41,438 nucleotides of DNA from Terriglobales bacterium (GTDB lineage Bacteria > Acidobacteriota > Terriglobia > Terriglobales > Acidobacteriaceae): the NCBI GenBank assembly GCA_035275665.1, contig DATEMI010000230.1, positions 1 through 41,438 on the forward strand, read 5' to 3'. Position 1 is the stretch's first letter, and each line of letters starts with the position of its first letter. The notes under the pieces were generated by a model. It saw only the letters and a program-made list of their open reading frames with translations. It searched no databases and was not told where the DNA came from. This document shows, one piece after another, positions 17,796 through 26,907 of this stretch. A program made the position numbers and the translations under genes.

Positions 17796-18491
17796 CTAGA
17801 GCATCGTTTGAGCAACGAAAGTCGCCACATCCATGCCGATAACCGTTATCCCACCCCAGACAAACGCAGGATGTAGCCGGCGGGACCTCGCCATATCCAC
17901 TAGCGCGCAAACCACCACGGTTTCTGCGCACAGGAGCAGCACCCCGATCTCGCTGATACCGTGAAAGCCTTTCGCATATTCTGTAAGGCGCCCGAACGCG
18001 GGCCCTAGCAGACTCAACGTCGCCAGCAGCATCAAGCGTTTGTGATAGTCGCCGCGCCGGCGCATCAAGATCGCAGCGCCAACCAGGCCTGCAAACACGA
18101 CTAAAGCAATGCCGTCAAAAGCAGCCAGCATCCACAACAACCGAGTGTGTAGGTGATGTGATCGGCGCGCCGCGGCGTTAATGAGAGTCGGCACACTAAC
18201 GACAAGCACGAGCAGTGCGAGTCCCGCGCCGAACATCCCCAGCTTGCGGTGTATATCGATCCGATGTTTTGCAATCAGCAGAGTTTGGGTTAGAAATAGA
18301 GCGATCCACGCTTCCATCACGAAACCGTGAGCATGCACGAGAAGAGTCAGATTCGGGTCATGGCGCAGAAGACGTATCGTATAGAGCGGCACAAATCCTG
18401 CGAGCACTGTCACTGTGACGGCCAACGCCACAATAGAGAAATACCGATGCTCGGATTGATCCAACGAGAGTGAATTTTCTGTCGACTTCAT
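17796..18491 (-). CDS. polytopic membrane protein, paralogue A (unknown family)
   Basis: 231 aa with about 6 TM spans. Shares LVHAHGFVM / HRKLG / YHKRLMLLATLSLLGPAFGRL / RRLHPAFVWGG blocks with 25973-26773. Confidence 0.75.
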   Translation of the reverse strand: MKSTENSLSLDQSEHRYFSIVALAVTVTVLAGFVPLYTIRLLRHDPNLTLLVHAHGFVMEAWIALFLTQTLLIAKHRIDIHRKLGMFGAGLALLVLVVSVPTLINAAARRSHHLHTRLLWMLAAFDGIALVVFAGLVGAAILMRRRGDYHKRLMLLATLSLLGPAFGRLTEYAKGFHGISEIGVLLLCAETVVVCALVDMARSRRLHPAFVWGGITVIGMDVATFVAQTML

Positions 18492-18566
18492 GTTCTTTAG
18501 CTCCTGGGTAGCTCCCGCTCTACATTTGCGTTTATTGCATGCAATTGTGCTAAGCAGGGAGATCTC

Positions 18567-19559
18567 TCACTGCAGCCCATGAGCTTTGAGCCACTCCTGC
18601 TCGGACCTGGCCATCTTTTCTTCATCATCGAGCACCTTCGACTCGTACTTCGACACGAGCGGCATCATTGCATCGGCGTAGCGGGGAATCTTACGAGCGT
18701 CCGCGCCATCCAGAATTGACAACGCCAATTCATTTGCCTTGTTTGATTTCTGAAGAAAGATTTGCGCACCCAAAGAGGCATCCGCCAATCGTGGTGCGCC
18801 AAAATATCCCGGCCAGCCTTTTCTCTTCGCATTCTCCACTAGCTCTGGAATGCTGTGGGATGTCCATGAAGCGGCTTGCCGGTAGTCGGGCGAAAGCAGG
18901 CTCGGCTTCACGAAGTAGAGCAGACTGGTCTCATCGGCGCCGGCGTGGACAGTCACCCCTTCCTCCTTGAGAGCCGCGGGAGAAAGAAACTTCGCTTCCG
19001 CTCCGCAGCATTCTGACACAGGCATCAGCCCCAAAAGATTCACCATTGTTCCGCCATACGTATCGTGGAAATAGTCCGATGCCTCATCGAGCGCCCTTTG
19101 ATGGTTCGGTGCCCCGTGATAGTGAATCAGAAATACCCAGCGAAATCCCTGTTCGCCTAGAGCACTGGCAAGATCCATGAAGATGGCGCGCACCGTCGAC
19201 GTGCGAACCGGAAAGCTGCCGGGAAATACCTTTAGTTCGCCAATGGTGTTTGCCGGGTCGCTACCCAGCGGAATCTGTGGAAACACAACGACCGTCCAGC
19301 CTGGCCTCGCGACGATTGCCCGCGCCAGAGAATCGGTAAATGCATCGGCAATGTAGCCATCGGTAGATGATGGAAGATAGGGGCCATGTTCCTCCAATAT
19401 TCCGCCGGGCACCAGAATGACGGTCTTCTGACGGTCAAGGCCACCAATTTGCCGCGTGTTCAACTCGCTCATCTGATAGATCTGGCCCATGGCACACTGT
19501 GCGGAAATCAATACCGCTGCAACGGCCAGGACTGAATGAAGAACTGACTTCAGATTCAT
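18567..19559 (-). CDS. creatininase-family amidohydrolase with a signal peptide
   Basis: From ATG 19559: MNLKSVLHSVLAVAAVLISAQCAMGQ. The family motif reads GGILEEHGPYLPSSTDGYIA, followed by FLIHYHGAPNH. Confidence 0.8.
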   Translation of the reverse strand: MNLKSVLHSVLAVAAVLISAQCAMGQIYQMSELNTRQIGGLDRQKTVILVPGGILEEHGPYLPSSTDGYIADAFTDSLARAIVARPGWTVVVFPQIPLGSDPANTIGELKVFPGSFPVRTSTVRAIFMDLASALGEQGFRWVFLIHYHGAPNHQRALDEASDYFHDTYGGTMVNLLGLMPVSECCGAEAKFLSPAALKEEGVTVHAGADETSLLYFVKPSLLSPDYRQAASWTSHSIPELVENAKRKGWPGYFGAPRLADASLGAQIFLQKSNKANELALSILDGADARKIPRYADAMMPLVSKYESKVLDDEEKMARSEQEWLKAHGLQ

Positions 19560-19585
19560 GTTCCCAACGCTCCCTCGATAGCCAT

Positions 19586-20476
19586 TTACATTGACTGGTA
19601 CGCCGGAACAAAGACTTCTCTCACGAACGATTCGAGTGTTGTTGGCGTCGAGTTTGCTGCTGATCGGGTTTCCTCGGGCGCGATGAGCCCGGCGTTCGCG
19701 CCAGCCCACATCTCAAGAATCAGTTCTGCGTTCCTCTTTGACAGGCCCATTCTCAGAAGCTCTGCTTCAAGCATCGGGCCCGGCACCTGCACGTAAGCGG
19801 TATCCGGCTTGCCGATTGCTTTGCCTACAACAGCCGCAGCTTCGTTCATCGAGATATCGCGCTGTCCCTGGAGTTCGCGCGTCGTACTGCCGGACAAATC
19901 GCGAGCGGCAAGACGAGAGGCAGCATAGGCAGCGATGTCCTGTGTAGCGATCCATGGAATAGGCACGTCGCCCGGCATGCCGCCTGACAGTGCGCCGGTT
20001 GCACGCAAGGGGACCATATTCCTGAAGAGATTCTCCATAAAATATGCCGCGCGAATGTGCAGGACATTGAGTCCCTCGATGCGATTCAGCTTTTGTTCGT
20101 GATTGTGCAGGCCGGCCATTGGCCCGGTACCGTGGGCGTGTTGGGCGCCGATGCTGCTCAAATTGACCACGAATGGAACATGCGCGGTGGTGATGGCAGC
20201 GGCGTACCCATTGGAGATATGTTCCTGATGCGCACGCAGGTCCGGTTGCGACATGTCCTCGGGAAGGACGAGGTACACTGCGGCCGCGCCACTAAAGGCT
20301 GTGGCCACCCAGGGAACATCGTCGAGCTTACCGACGAACGGTTCTGCGCCCTGCTCAACCAGCGGCGCGAGCTTTTTGGCATCGCGTCCAATCGCGCGTA
20401 CCTTTTCTCTCTTGGCCAGCAGGATCTCCGCTACTCGCCGGCCGGTTCTTCCCGTTGCTCCTGTCACGACAATCAT
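19586..20476 (-). CDS. NmrA-like NAD(P)-binding protein
   Basis: MIVVTGATGRTGRRVAEILLAKREKVRAIGRD is a Rossmann GxxGxxG N-terminus; 296 aa; no signal peptide. Confidence 0.85.
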   Translation of the reverse strand: MIVVTGATGRTGRRVAEILLAKREKVRAIGRDAKKLAPLVEQGAEPFVGKLDDVPWVATAFSGAAAVYLVLPEDMSQPDLRAHQEHISNGYAAAITTAHVPFVVNLSSIGAQHAHGTGPMAGLHNHEQKLNRIEGLNVLHIRAAYFMENLFRNMVPLRATGALSGGMPGDVPIPWIATQDIAAYAASRLAARDLSGSTTRELQGQRDISMNEAAAVVGKAIGKPDTAYVQVPGPMLEAELLRMGLSKRNAELILEMWAGANAGLIAPEETRSAANSTPTTLESFVREVFVPAYQSM

Positions 20477-20547
20477 TTTTGGGCTCCTGAAAGTACATGA
20501 GATTTAACAAAGCACTTTGTGGAGCGACTCATACGATCATGCATGAC

Positions 20548-21576
20548 TCAGTACGCTCCTCGCTGGCTATGGCCGTTCTGGAATCGCAGGAAACGTGCTG
20601 CATTGTTATAGAGAATGTCCCTCTTCTGCTCACGTGTGAGGGATGGAGCGTTCTCAATTGAATCAATGCCCGCTGAGAGCGCATCCGGCCAGACCATTTC
20701 GTCGGAGCCGAACATGATTCGCTTTTCAAATCCAGCGTCAACGAGACGTTGAAGAAAATCGTAGAACTGTTTCCGGGGAAACGCGTAGCAGATGACACCC
20801 ACATCCACATAGAGTTGTGGATGGGCATACAGCGCTGCAATCGTGTCATCTGCGAATGGCCAGCCCGCGTGCATCGCCCAGATTCGCAACCTTGGGTGCC
20901 GGACCAAGACGTCCTCCAGAAGAAGCAGGCTGGAATAGTGCATCCGGTAATTTGGCGAAGAATGGTATGGGGCTCCCGGCGGACCGGGTCCCATGTGAAT
21001 ACCTATGGGAACATCCAGTTCTTCTGCAAGAGCATAATAGGGCTCCATACGTGGATCGTTCGCAGCTATTCCAAGGTATTGCGTCTGTACTTCTGCGAAC
21101 ACATCGATCCGTTGCTCCGCTACCAATTTACGCAACTCGTCAATGCTAGGCTTGCCCGACTTCGGGTTGAAAGGAATTGCTCGAAGGATGCGATCGCCAC
21201 CTGCCCTTTTCCATTTATCGAGAAGGTCAAGAGATTCGCCCAACGAACTCGCGACGGCAGTGACATTGCGCGCCCTCATGATCGCGAGGGTTCTGTTCAT
21301 CAACTCTTCATCGGTGAGGGGCGAACGCAGGGGCGAGGCGCAAGGTGGAGTTTTCGTGAATGTTGTTCCGTATTCTTCACCGGGCGTCTTCGGGTCGCGA
21401 GTCGGCCACAAGGGATTGGGGGCGCAGATGAATCGCGGCGGTGGCCCCAACTCATTGGCGTGGAGCGCATGCAGATGCATGTCAATGATCGGCTCATTGC
21501 CTGATTGGGAGACTTGAGCTGAGCAGCAATATGCTGCAAGAGCTGCCATGAGCGAAAGGACATACCTCCGTATCAT
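20548..21576 (-). CDS. exported amidohydrolase_2-type metal hydrolase
   Basis: Signal peptide MIRRYVLSLMAALAAYCCSAQ. Motifs: IIDMHLHALH, IHMGPGPPG, MFGSDEMVWP. Confidence 0.8.
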   Translation of the reverse strand: MIRRYVLSLMAALAAYCCSAQVSQSGNEPIIDMHLHALHANELGPPPRFICAPNPLWPTRDPKTPGEEYGTTFTKTPPCASPLRSPLTDEELMNRTLAIMRARNVTAVASSLGESLDLLDKWKRAGGDRILRAIPFNPKSGKPSIDELRKLVAEQRIDVFAEVQTQYLGIAANDPRMEPYYALAEELDVPIGIHMGPGPPGAPYHSSPNYRMHYSSLLLLEDVLVRHPRLRIWAMHAGWPFADDTIAALYAHPQLYVDVGVICYAFPRKQFYDFLQRLVDAGFEKRIMFGSDEMVWPDALSAGIDSIENAPSLTREQKRDILYNNAARFLRFQNGHSQRGAY

Positions 21577-21600
21577 GAATCCTCCTGAGGCAAGGATCTG

Positions 21601-22206
21601 TTACCTCGACGCCCCCTGCCCCTCAGCAACCTTCGTTCCGTGAATGGTGACCGCTCTCTTCAGCGTGCCTCCTACTTCTCCCACCTCGCCGGTTTGCGTA
21701 AAGGAATTCGATGTAATGTCGAACCATACTTCGTGCCACAGCATTTTCTTCCCTTGCTGTGGAAACTGTAGGTCGATGGTGAGCCGTTCACCGTCCCATT
21801 TCAGAGTGCTGTTTGAGTAGAAGTCGACATTGCAGGCCGCCGGTCCCGAGTTGTTGCAGAGCATACCGCGAAGGCTGTTTGTGCTCTTGTCCCACCAGTG
21901 GATCGCGAATACAAAGAACTCGCCAAAAGGAGCACGGACCTGTTCTTCTTCCATCAGAACGAACCCGCCGGGGCTGCTTCGCCAGACTTCCTCACCCGAA
22001 CCGACGCCTTTGGCATTCGGAGACATGCCTCCCGGCTCGAATTCGTAGGTCGTAGACCAGTGACCGACGAGCGCTTTCTCAAGGCTCACGATCTCTCCGG
22101 GTGGTTGCTGGACGGTTTGTGATTGGCCGCGCGCTCCTGCAGCGCAGGCAACGGCGAACATCAAGGGCGATACCATTCCGAAGCATTTGCTCAAGCTTCG
22201 ATTCAT
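21601..22206 (-). CDS. exported DUF1579-like protein
   Basis: From ATG 22206: MNRSLSKCFGMVSPLMFAVACAAGARGQ. A WSTTYEFEPGG...GFVLMEEEQV...WWDKSTNSLRG layout follows. Confidence 0.55.
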   Translation of the reverse strand: MNRSLSKCFGMVSPLMFAVACAAGARGQSQTVQQPPGEIVSLEKALVGHWSTTYEFEPGGMSPNAKGVGSGEEVWRSSPGGFVLMEEEQVRAPFGEFFVFAIHWWDKSTNSLRGMLCNNSGPAACNVDFYSNSTLKWDGERLTIDLQFPQQGKKMLWHEVWFDITSNSFTQTGEVGEVGGTLKRAVTIHGTKVAEGQGASR

Positions 22207-22305
22207 TACAGACTGCGCAAATGGTGTTCGTTTATTACGGGAAAAACCTCTGATCAGCACATGGATCTCCAATCCGGCAGTCACTTTTCGAGCCCGACAA
22301 CGCCA

Positions 22306-23793
22306 TCAATCCCGCTTTAGCAATTTCGCAGGGTCGTAACCCACGCCTTTTCGGAAGACATACTCGATCTTTTCAATGTCTGAAATGTTGTGAGCCGGGT
22401 CTCCATTAACGACAATCAAATCTGCTTGCTTTCCAGAACTGACCGTTCCGACCCGGTCAGCAATACCAAGAAACTCGGCCCCATTCTTGGTTGCAATCTG
22501 AATCGCCTCGATCGGCGTAAACCCAGCGTCCACCAAGAGCTCCAGTTCCCTCTGATCGCCGAAGCCTGCTAACGTACTCCCATCTCCGGTCGGATCACTT
22601 CCCGCCAGCAGCATCCCGCCCATCTTCACAAAATCGTGTTCGAACTCCATTTCTTTACTCAAGAGCCAGTCCACCTTCGAGTGAGGCACCATCTTCACTC
22701 GCTGCCGTGACGCACGCCAAGCTTTCCAAGTCATTGCATGGGCTGCTCTCTGCAAGTCTTCTGTCGGACGGGCCGCCGAGAACTCGCTTGCGAAAACGGC
22801 CAGCGTCGACGTGACGGCTACATGGTGCGAAACCAGATAGCGAATCATGTCCTGAACCTCGGCGGATTCGACGTTTAGCTGAGTGTTGTACTCCGAGAGA
22901 TAAAAACGAACATCAGGGCAGACACCCGGACGTTTCTTTGAATAAAACTCGGTATCCGTTAATAACCCGTTTTCAAGATTGTCCAGACCGAGATCGACTG
23001 CCTCCCGGAGGCCGATGCTGCAGAGGTGTGCCGTGATTTTCAGGCCGCGCGCATGCGCCTCGAGGGCGGCTTCCTGCAATTCCTCTGGAGTGATATTCAT
23101 GTACGCTTTGAGAGACGTCATTCCACGGTCTGCCCAATAGTCAACTGCCAAGTGTGCTTCCTGAGGGTTAGCCAGACCGTGCATATCCGGAAGAGCCGGG
23201 GGCATTCCTTCAAGATAGGGTGCGGTCAGGAACATCTCTGGTCCAACCGCGGCCCCTTGATCGATCTTCTGTTTGACAACCAGATCGCGCTCCGGTGCAA
23301 TGCTGCCCGCGGTACGCATTGTCGTTACCCCAGCGGCCAGGTACATCAGGGGAAATACCGTACTCTGCTCAATGAGTGCGTGGTCACGGCTTGGGCTCGG
23401 AGCCGTCGTAAAGAGGTGCTCATGCATGGCGACCAGACCCGGGAGAACGGTTCGTCCACTGAGATCGAGAACCTTGGCGTCTTGTTTCTTTGGAACCTCC
23501 GAATGGGCGCCAGCGTAGCTGATTTTTCCGTTCTCAATCACCACACTCTGGTCGTCGCGAGGTGCGGCTCCGGTTCCATCGATGATGCTGACGTGATCGA
23601 GTACCAGAGTGGCGGATTGCTCTTTCACATAGAAAGATGGAGAGCGTTCGGCGATAGCCTTCAGACGGTGCTTGCCAACCACATCCATGATCAGAAGCGC
23701 AGCCGCTATCACAGCCGTCGCGCAAATCGCGAAAGCGGCAATTCCCGCGAACCAAAGTAGGACTCGTCTCACCGTTTCCTTCATATCTGCCAT
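22306..23793 (-). CDS. membrane-anchored metal-dependent amidohydrolase (imidazolonepropionase/prolidase-like superfamily)
   Basis: N-terminal TM segment (VLLWFAGIAAFAICATAVIAAALLIM). Motifs: VLDHVSIIDGTG, LPGLVAMHEHLF, LLAGSDPTGDG, ADLIVVNGDP. Confidence 0.85.
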   Translation of the reverse strand: MADMKETVRRVLLWFAGIAAFAICATAVIAAALLIMDVVGKHRLKAIAERSPSFYVKEQSATLVLDHVSIIDGTGAAPRDDQSVVIENGKISYAGAHSEVPKKQDAKVLDLSGRTVLPGLVAMHEHLFTTAPSPSRDHALIEQSTVFPLMYLAAGVTTMRTAGSIAPERDLVVKQKIDQGAAVGPEMFLTAPYLEGMPPALPDMHGLANPQEAHLAVDYWADRGMTSLKAYMNITPEELQEAALEAHARGLKITAHLCSIGLREAVDLGLDNLENGLLTDTEFYSKKRPGVCPDVRFYLSEYNTQLNVESAEVQDMIRYLVSHHVAVTSTLAVFASEFSAARPTEDLQRAAHAMTWKAWRASRQRVKMVPHSKVDWLLSKEMEFEHDFVKMGGMLLAGSDPTGDGSTLAGFGDQRELELLVDAGFTPIEAIQIATKNGAEFLGIADRVGTVSSGKQADLIVVNGDPAHNISDIEKIEYVFRKGVGYDPAKLLKRD

Positions 23794-23942
23794 TTGCCTT
23801 CATCATGAGTAAGGCGGCAGGGCGTTGTCAGTTGTTGCCATCCCATTACAGAGTGCTTGGTATTCGGAGATATGCCTCCTGGCTCAAATTCATAGGTCGT
23901 CGACCATCGGGACACCCAAAAGTAGAAACCATAGCGACGAAC

Positions 23943-24386
23943 TCACTTATCGAGGATCTCGGGTGCGCCCGGCTTGATATTGCCGCAACTCGAACTGAGA
24001 ACATGTCCGGAAGATTTCGTGGTCGACTCATTTGCATGGCCCTGCACGACCATCTTCAAGGTCTGTGTGCCCCGTACATGTTCCTCATCCACAACCTCGA
24101 TCGTGCCATGCGAGGTCATTTGGACAGTCCGAACGTTGCACGACATATCTACTGTCATGCCGCGACTACTGAAGTTTTGGCTAGTCAACTTGCAGCCGGG
24201 ATGCGAGTTTACCTTGGTCATCATCTCGACGAGCGTCTTTTGGGTGAGGCAGTCGTGGGACCGATGAGCTGCGGTGCCATCGTCGTTGTAGATCACTATT
24301 TCCCAGAGGCCCTCCTTGATGGGCAGCGTCTGGCCGTAGCTGGGAGCGGCGGCACAAAGCAACAGGATGCCGATCAGAATGCGCAT
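23943..24386 (-). CDS. DUF3617-like exported protein
   Basis: From ATG 24386: MRILIGILLLCAAAPSYGQ, then EGLWEIV... with the spaced Cys pattern (C..C..C..C) typical of DUF3617. Confidence 0.65.
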   Translation of the reverse strand: MRILIGILLLCAAAPSYGQTLPIKEGLWEIVIYNDDGTAAHRSHDCLTQKTLVEMMTKVNSHPGCKLTSQNFSSRGMTVDMSCNVRTVQMTSHGTIEVVDEEHVRGTQTLKMVVQGHANESTTKSSGHVLSSSCGNIKPGAPEILDK

Positions 24387-24490
24387 GGCGATAAAGCTCC
24401 TTTGTGAATGGCTACTTTCTCGGCAAGATGGTTCGCCTCGGTCCCGATCTTCAAATGACCAGAGTCCGGGAAACAGGAGGCCGGCCTCGC

Positions 24491-24976
24491 TCACTGCGGA
24501 GTGCATACCGTACCGATGTAGTCGCCGCTCGTCGTGCCGGCTACTGGATCGAACTCCCCGCGCAGTCGGATCTGTCCAGTCGCGTTTGCCATCGCACCAG
24601 TGCCGCCGGTGAACGTGATCAACGAAGCAAACCCACCTTTGCCGGGAGGCAGATCGATCGTTCCGGTGTCAGTTCCAAAGAGTTGATCGCCGCTCTTGAG
24701 AGCGATGATGCTGTGACCGGTGAAGAAAGAGATCGTTGGCACTTCGGGCTCGCCGTTTGGAATGATCTTGTCCATAGTGAAGCGATAGTCGCCCTGAATG
24801 CCTCCCCATACGTGCCCTGCCGTGCAGAGCACTCCGGGACAGGTGTTGGCTGGTTGAACTTGAGCCTCGAAGCTGCCTATGAGCGGTTTGCATTGTTGCG
24901 CAGCAACTGGAACTACCATCGCTGCTGTCAGAAAGACCCGCAAACCCAGCGAGACGTATTTTCTGGATTGCTTCAT
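24491..24976 (-). CDS. exported hypothetical beta-rich protein (dirigent/AOC-barrel-like, tentative)
   Basis: Signal peptide (LRVFLTAAMVVPVAAQQ) and a C-terminal ...ITFTGGTGAMANATGQIRLRGEFD... block. Confidence 0.55.
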   Translation of the reverse strand: MKQSRKYVSLGLRVFLTAAMVVPVAAQQCKPLIGSFEAQVQPANTCPGVLCTAGHVWGGIQGDYRFTMDKIIPNGEPEVPTISFFTGHSIIALKSGDQLFGTDTGTIDLPPGKGGFASLITFTGGTGAMANATGQIRLRGEFDPVAGTTSGDYIGTVCTPQ

Positions 24977-25065
24977 AATCTCTTTCTCCTTTGTGGGCGT
25001 GTACGCGATCCGAAGCTGACGCGCTTCTTCAGATGGTGTGCGTGATTGACGTTAGCGTTTCTTCC

Positions 25066-25851
25066 TTATTTAGCCGGGAAGTAACTCAAGTCAGGTCGAA
25101 ACTCGACCACCTCGGAAGTGAAGAAGCCGCCCATGGCGTTTTCAATTTCCGCTAGTACAGATCGTCCTTCGTTCGGACCGAAGGCGTTCAGCAGAATATC
25201 GGGAGGCGATTTCACGACCGCGTCATCGAAGCTCGCCCACGTGTCGTGGGCAGTGACCACAATCCAGGTTCCGAACTCGCCGCCTTGCGCCAGCTCGAAC
25301 ACACTGAAATCCACTGGGGTTTTCGTCTTTTCGACCGCTTCACGATACCGCGTCAACCCGGCGATAAAGGCGCTGGTTTTGTTGAGTGGGACGTGGAATG
25401 TATTGATTTCGTAGAATTTTTCTGGCCGGTCGGTTTTTGCGGCAAGGTCGTGGCCCAACTCGGGAACTTCCTCATACATCCTCGTAACCGACTTGGCCTG
25501 GGAGTCTCCGATCGCCTTTTTAAGCTCCGCCATCCGTTGCTCTTTCGGGACCAGGTCTTTATCCAGATCGGCCCAATTGAGCCCGCGTCGAGCGACAAGA
25601 TAGGTTTTCGCGTTTTCGCCCGTGCGTGTTTCAAAGACAGCTAGCTCATTGGGGTCCTTGATGCTGGCGTGCCACGCGGCAAGCTCTTTGCGCCCCGCCT
25701 CGTACTGTTCCCGCGCGCCGGCTTTGACGGTGTCTTCTTGAATCAACGTAAGCTTCCCCGGCTTCTGCTGTTGCTGTGCTGGGGTGGGGAGTGCAGCGGC
25801 CAAGCCGAGCACACAAACGAGGGGAACTGAAACAATGCCTAAAGTCCTCAT
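25066..25851 (-). CDS. exported hypothetical protein, apparent two-domain repeat
   Basis: Signal peptide MRTLGIVSVPLVCVLGLAAALPTPAQQ, then two similar halves of about 110 aa (...AVFETRTGE... / ...SVFELAQGGE...). Confidence 0.6.
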   Translation of the reverse strand: MRTLGIVSVPLVCVLGLAAALPTPAQQQQKPGKLTLIQEDTVKAGAREQYEAGRKELAAWHASIKDPNELAVFETRTGENAKTYLVARRGLNWADLDKDLVPKEQRMAELKKAIGDSQAKSVTRMYEEVPELGHDLAAKTDRPEKFYEINTFHVPLNKTSAFIAGLTRYREAVEKTKTPVDFSVFELAQGGEFGTWIVVTAHDTWASFDDAVVKSPPDILLNAFGPNEGRSVLAEIENAMGGFFTSEVVEFRPDLSYFPAK

Positions 25852-25972
25852 GAGGACCTCCCTTTCAGATTGCGAAAACCCACGACACTTTTCGGTCTAT
25901 CAACGCACCGCATCCGATCTGGGTGCGTTCTGCGAGAAGCGCCCCGTCGAAAGACGGTGTAGAAGCAAAACA

Positions 25973-26773
25973 TCAGCACACCAGCCACATTGCCATTCGT
26001 GCCCAGGTGGAAGTGTTGCCGATCCAAATAAGCAACGGATGAGAGCAGAGAATCAGGAGCCCGCCCCAGAGAAATGCTGGGTTCAGTCTGCGGTTTCGGA
26101 TGCTGTCGATTGCCACGCACGTCACCACGCACGCGTCGCCCACCGCGATCGTTGTCCACAAGCTTCCCGCTTCGATGAAATGCAGGGGAAGGCGAGCGAT
26201 AGCAGCCCCCCACAAACTGAGAGACGCAAGCACCATCAACCGTTTGTGCAAGCCACTGCGCGCCCGAAGCCATACGGCTGCGCCGAACAAAATCGCGAAG
26301 GTCAGCACAAGCCCGAGACTCAGCAATAGGAATCCGGGCCACTTCACAGTTTCTGGAAACGCCGTAAAGCCTCGACGAGCCGCCCTGATCACCACCGTTC
26401 CGGTGATGGCAACCATCAGAACGGCCAGCCCAATCCCGAAGACTCCCAATTGACGATGCAGGCGCGTACGCTGAGCCATGATGAGCCAGACCTGCACAAC
26501 AAACAGGACAAACCACAGGGTCATTACAAGGCCGTGCAGATGTAGAAACCCGGCTAAGGCCGGAAATCCGAATACGCTCCTCAAGTAGTACGATCTCGCG
26601 AAACCGGCGAAGACAAGCAATGCCGACACGACAGCAATCGAGAGATAGAACCGACCGCTTCGGACACGGGGATTTGCCTCAACCGTGTGATCAGTTCCGA
26701 AAGTGCTCAGGGTCCGCATGGGGTGGCAGTTGATCGCGAGCATGAATGTCGGCGAAGCAGTGAGTCGAGTCAA
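25973..26773 (-). CDS. polytopic membrane protein, paralogue B
   Basis: Shares LHLHGLVM / HRQLG / LHKRLMVLASLSLWGAAIARL / RRLNPAFLWGG blocks with 17796-18491. Start may be the internal ATG near 26719. Confidence 0.75.
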   Translation of the reverse strand: MTRLTASPTFMLAINCHPMRTLSTFGTDHTVEANPRVRSGRFYLSIAVVSALLVFAGFARSYYLRSVFGFPALAGFLHLHGLVMTLWFVLFVVQVWLIMAQRTRLHRQLGVFGIGLAVLMVAITGTVVIRAARRGFTAFPETVKWPGFLLLSLGLVLTFAILFGAAVWLRARSGLHKRLMVLASLSLWGAAIARLPLHFIEAGSLWTTIAVGDACVVTCVAIDSIRNRRLNPAFLWGGLLILCSHPLLIWIGNTSTWARMAMWLVC

Positions 26774-26907
26774 TGAAACTTCGCTTTAAGCCTGCTTTAA
26801 TCGCGAACTCATTTGCCCACAAGCGGTTACGAGCGCCTCTTAACTGAATCGTTGCCTGAGTGGAGTGCTAACATTTCCTCCATAGCTGCTGGTCGCGGCG
26901 AAAAACG

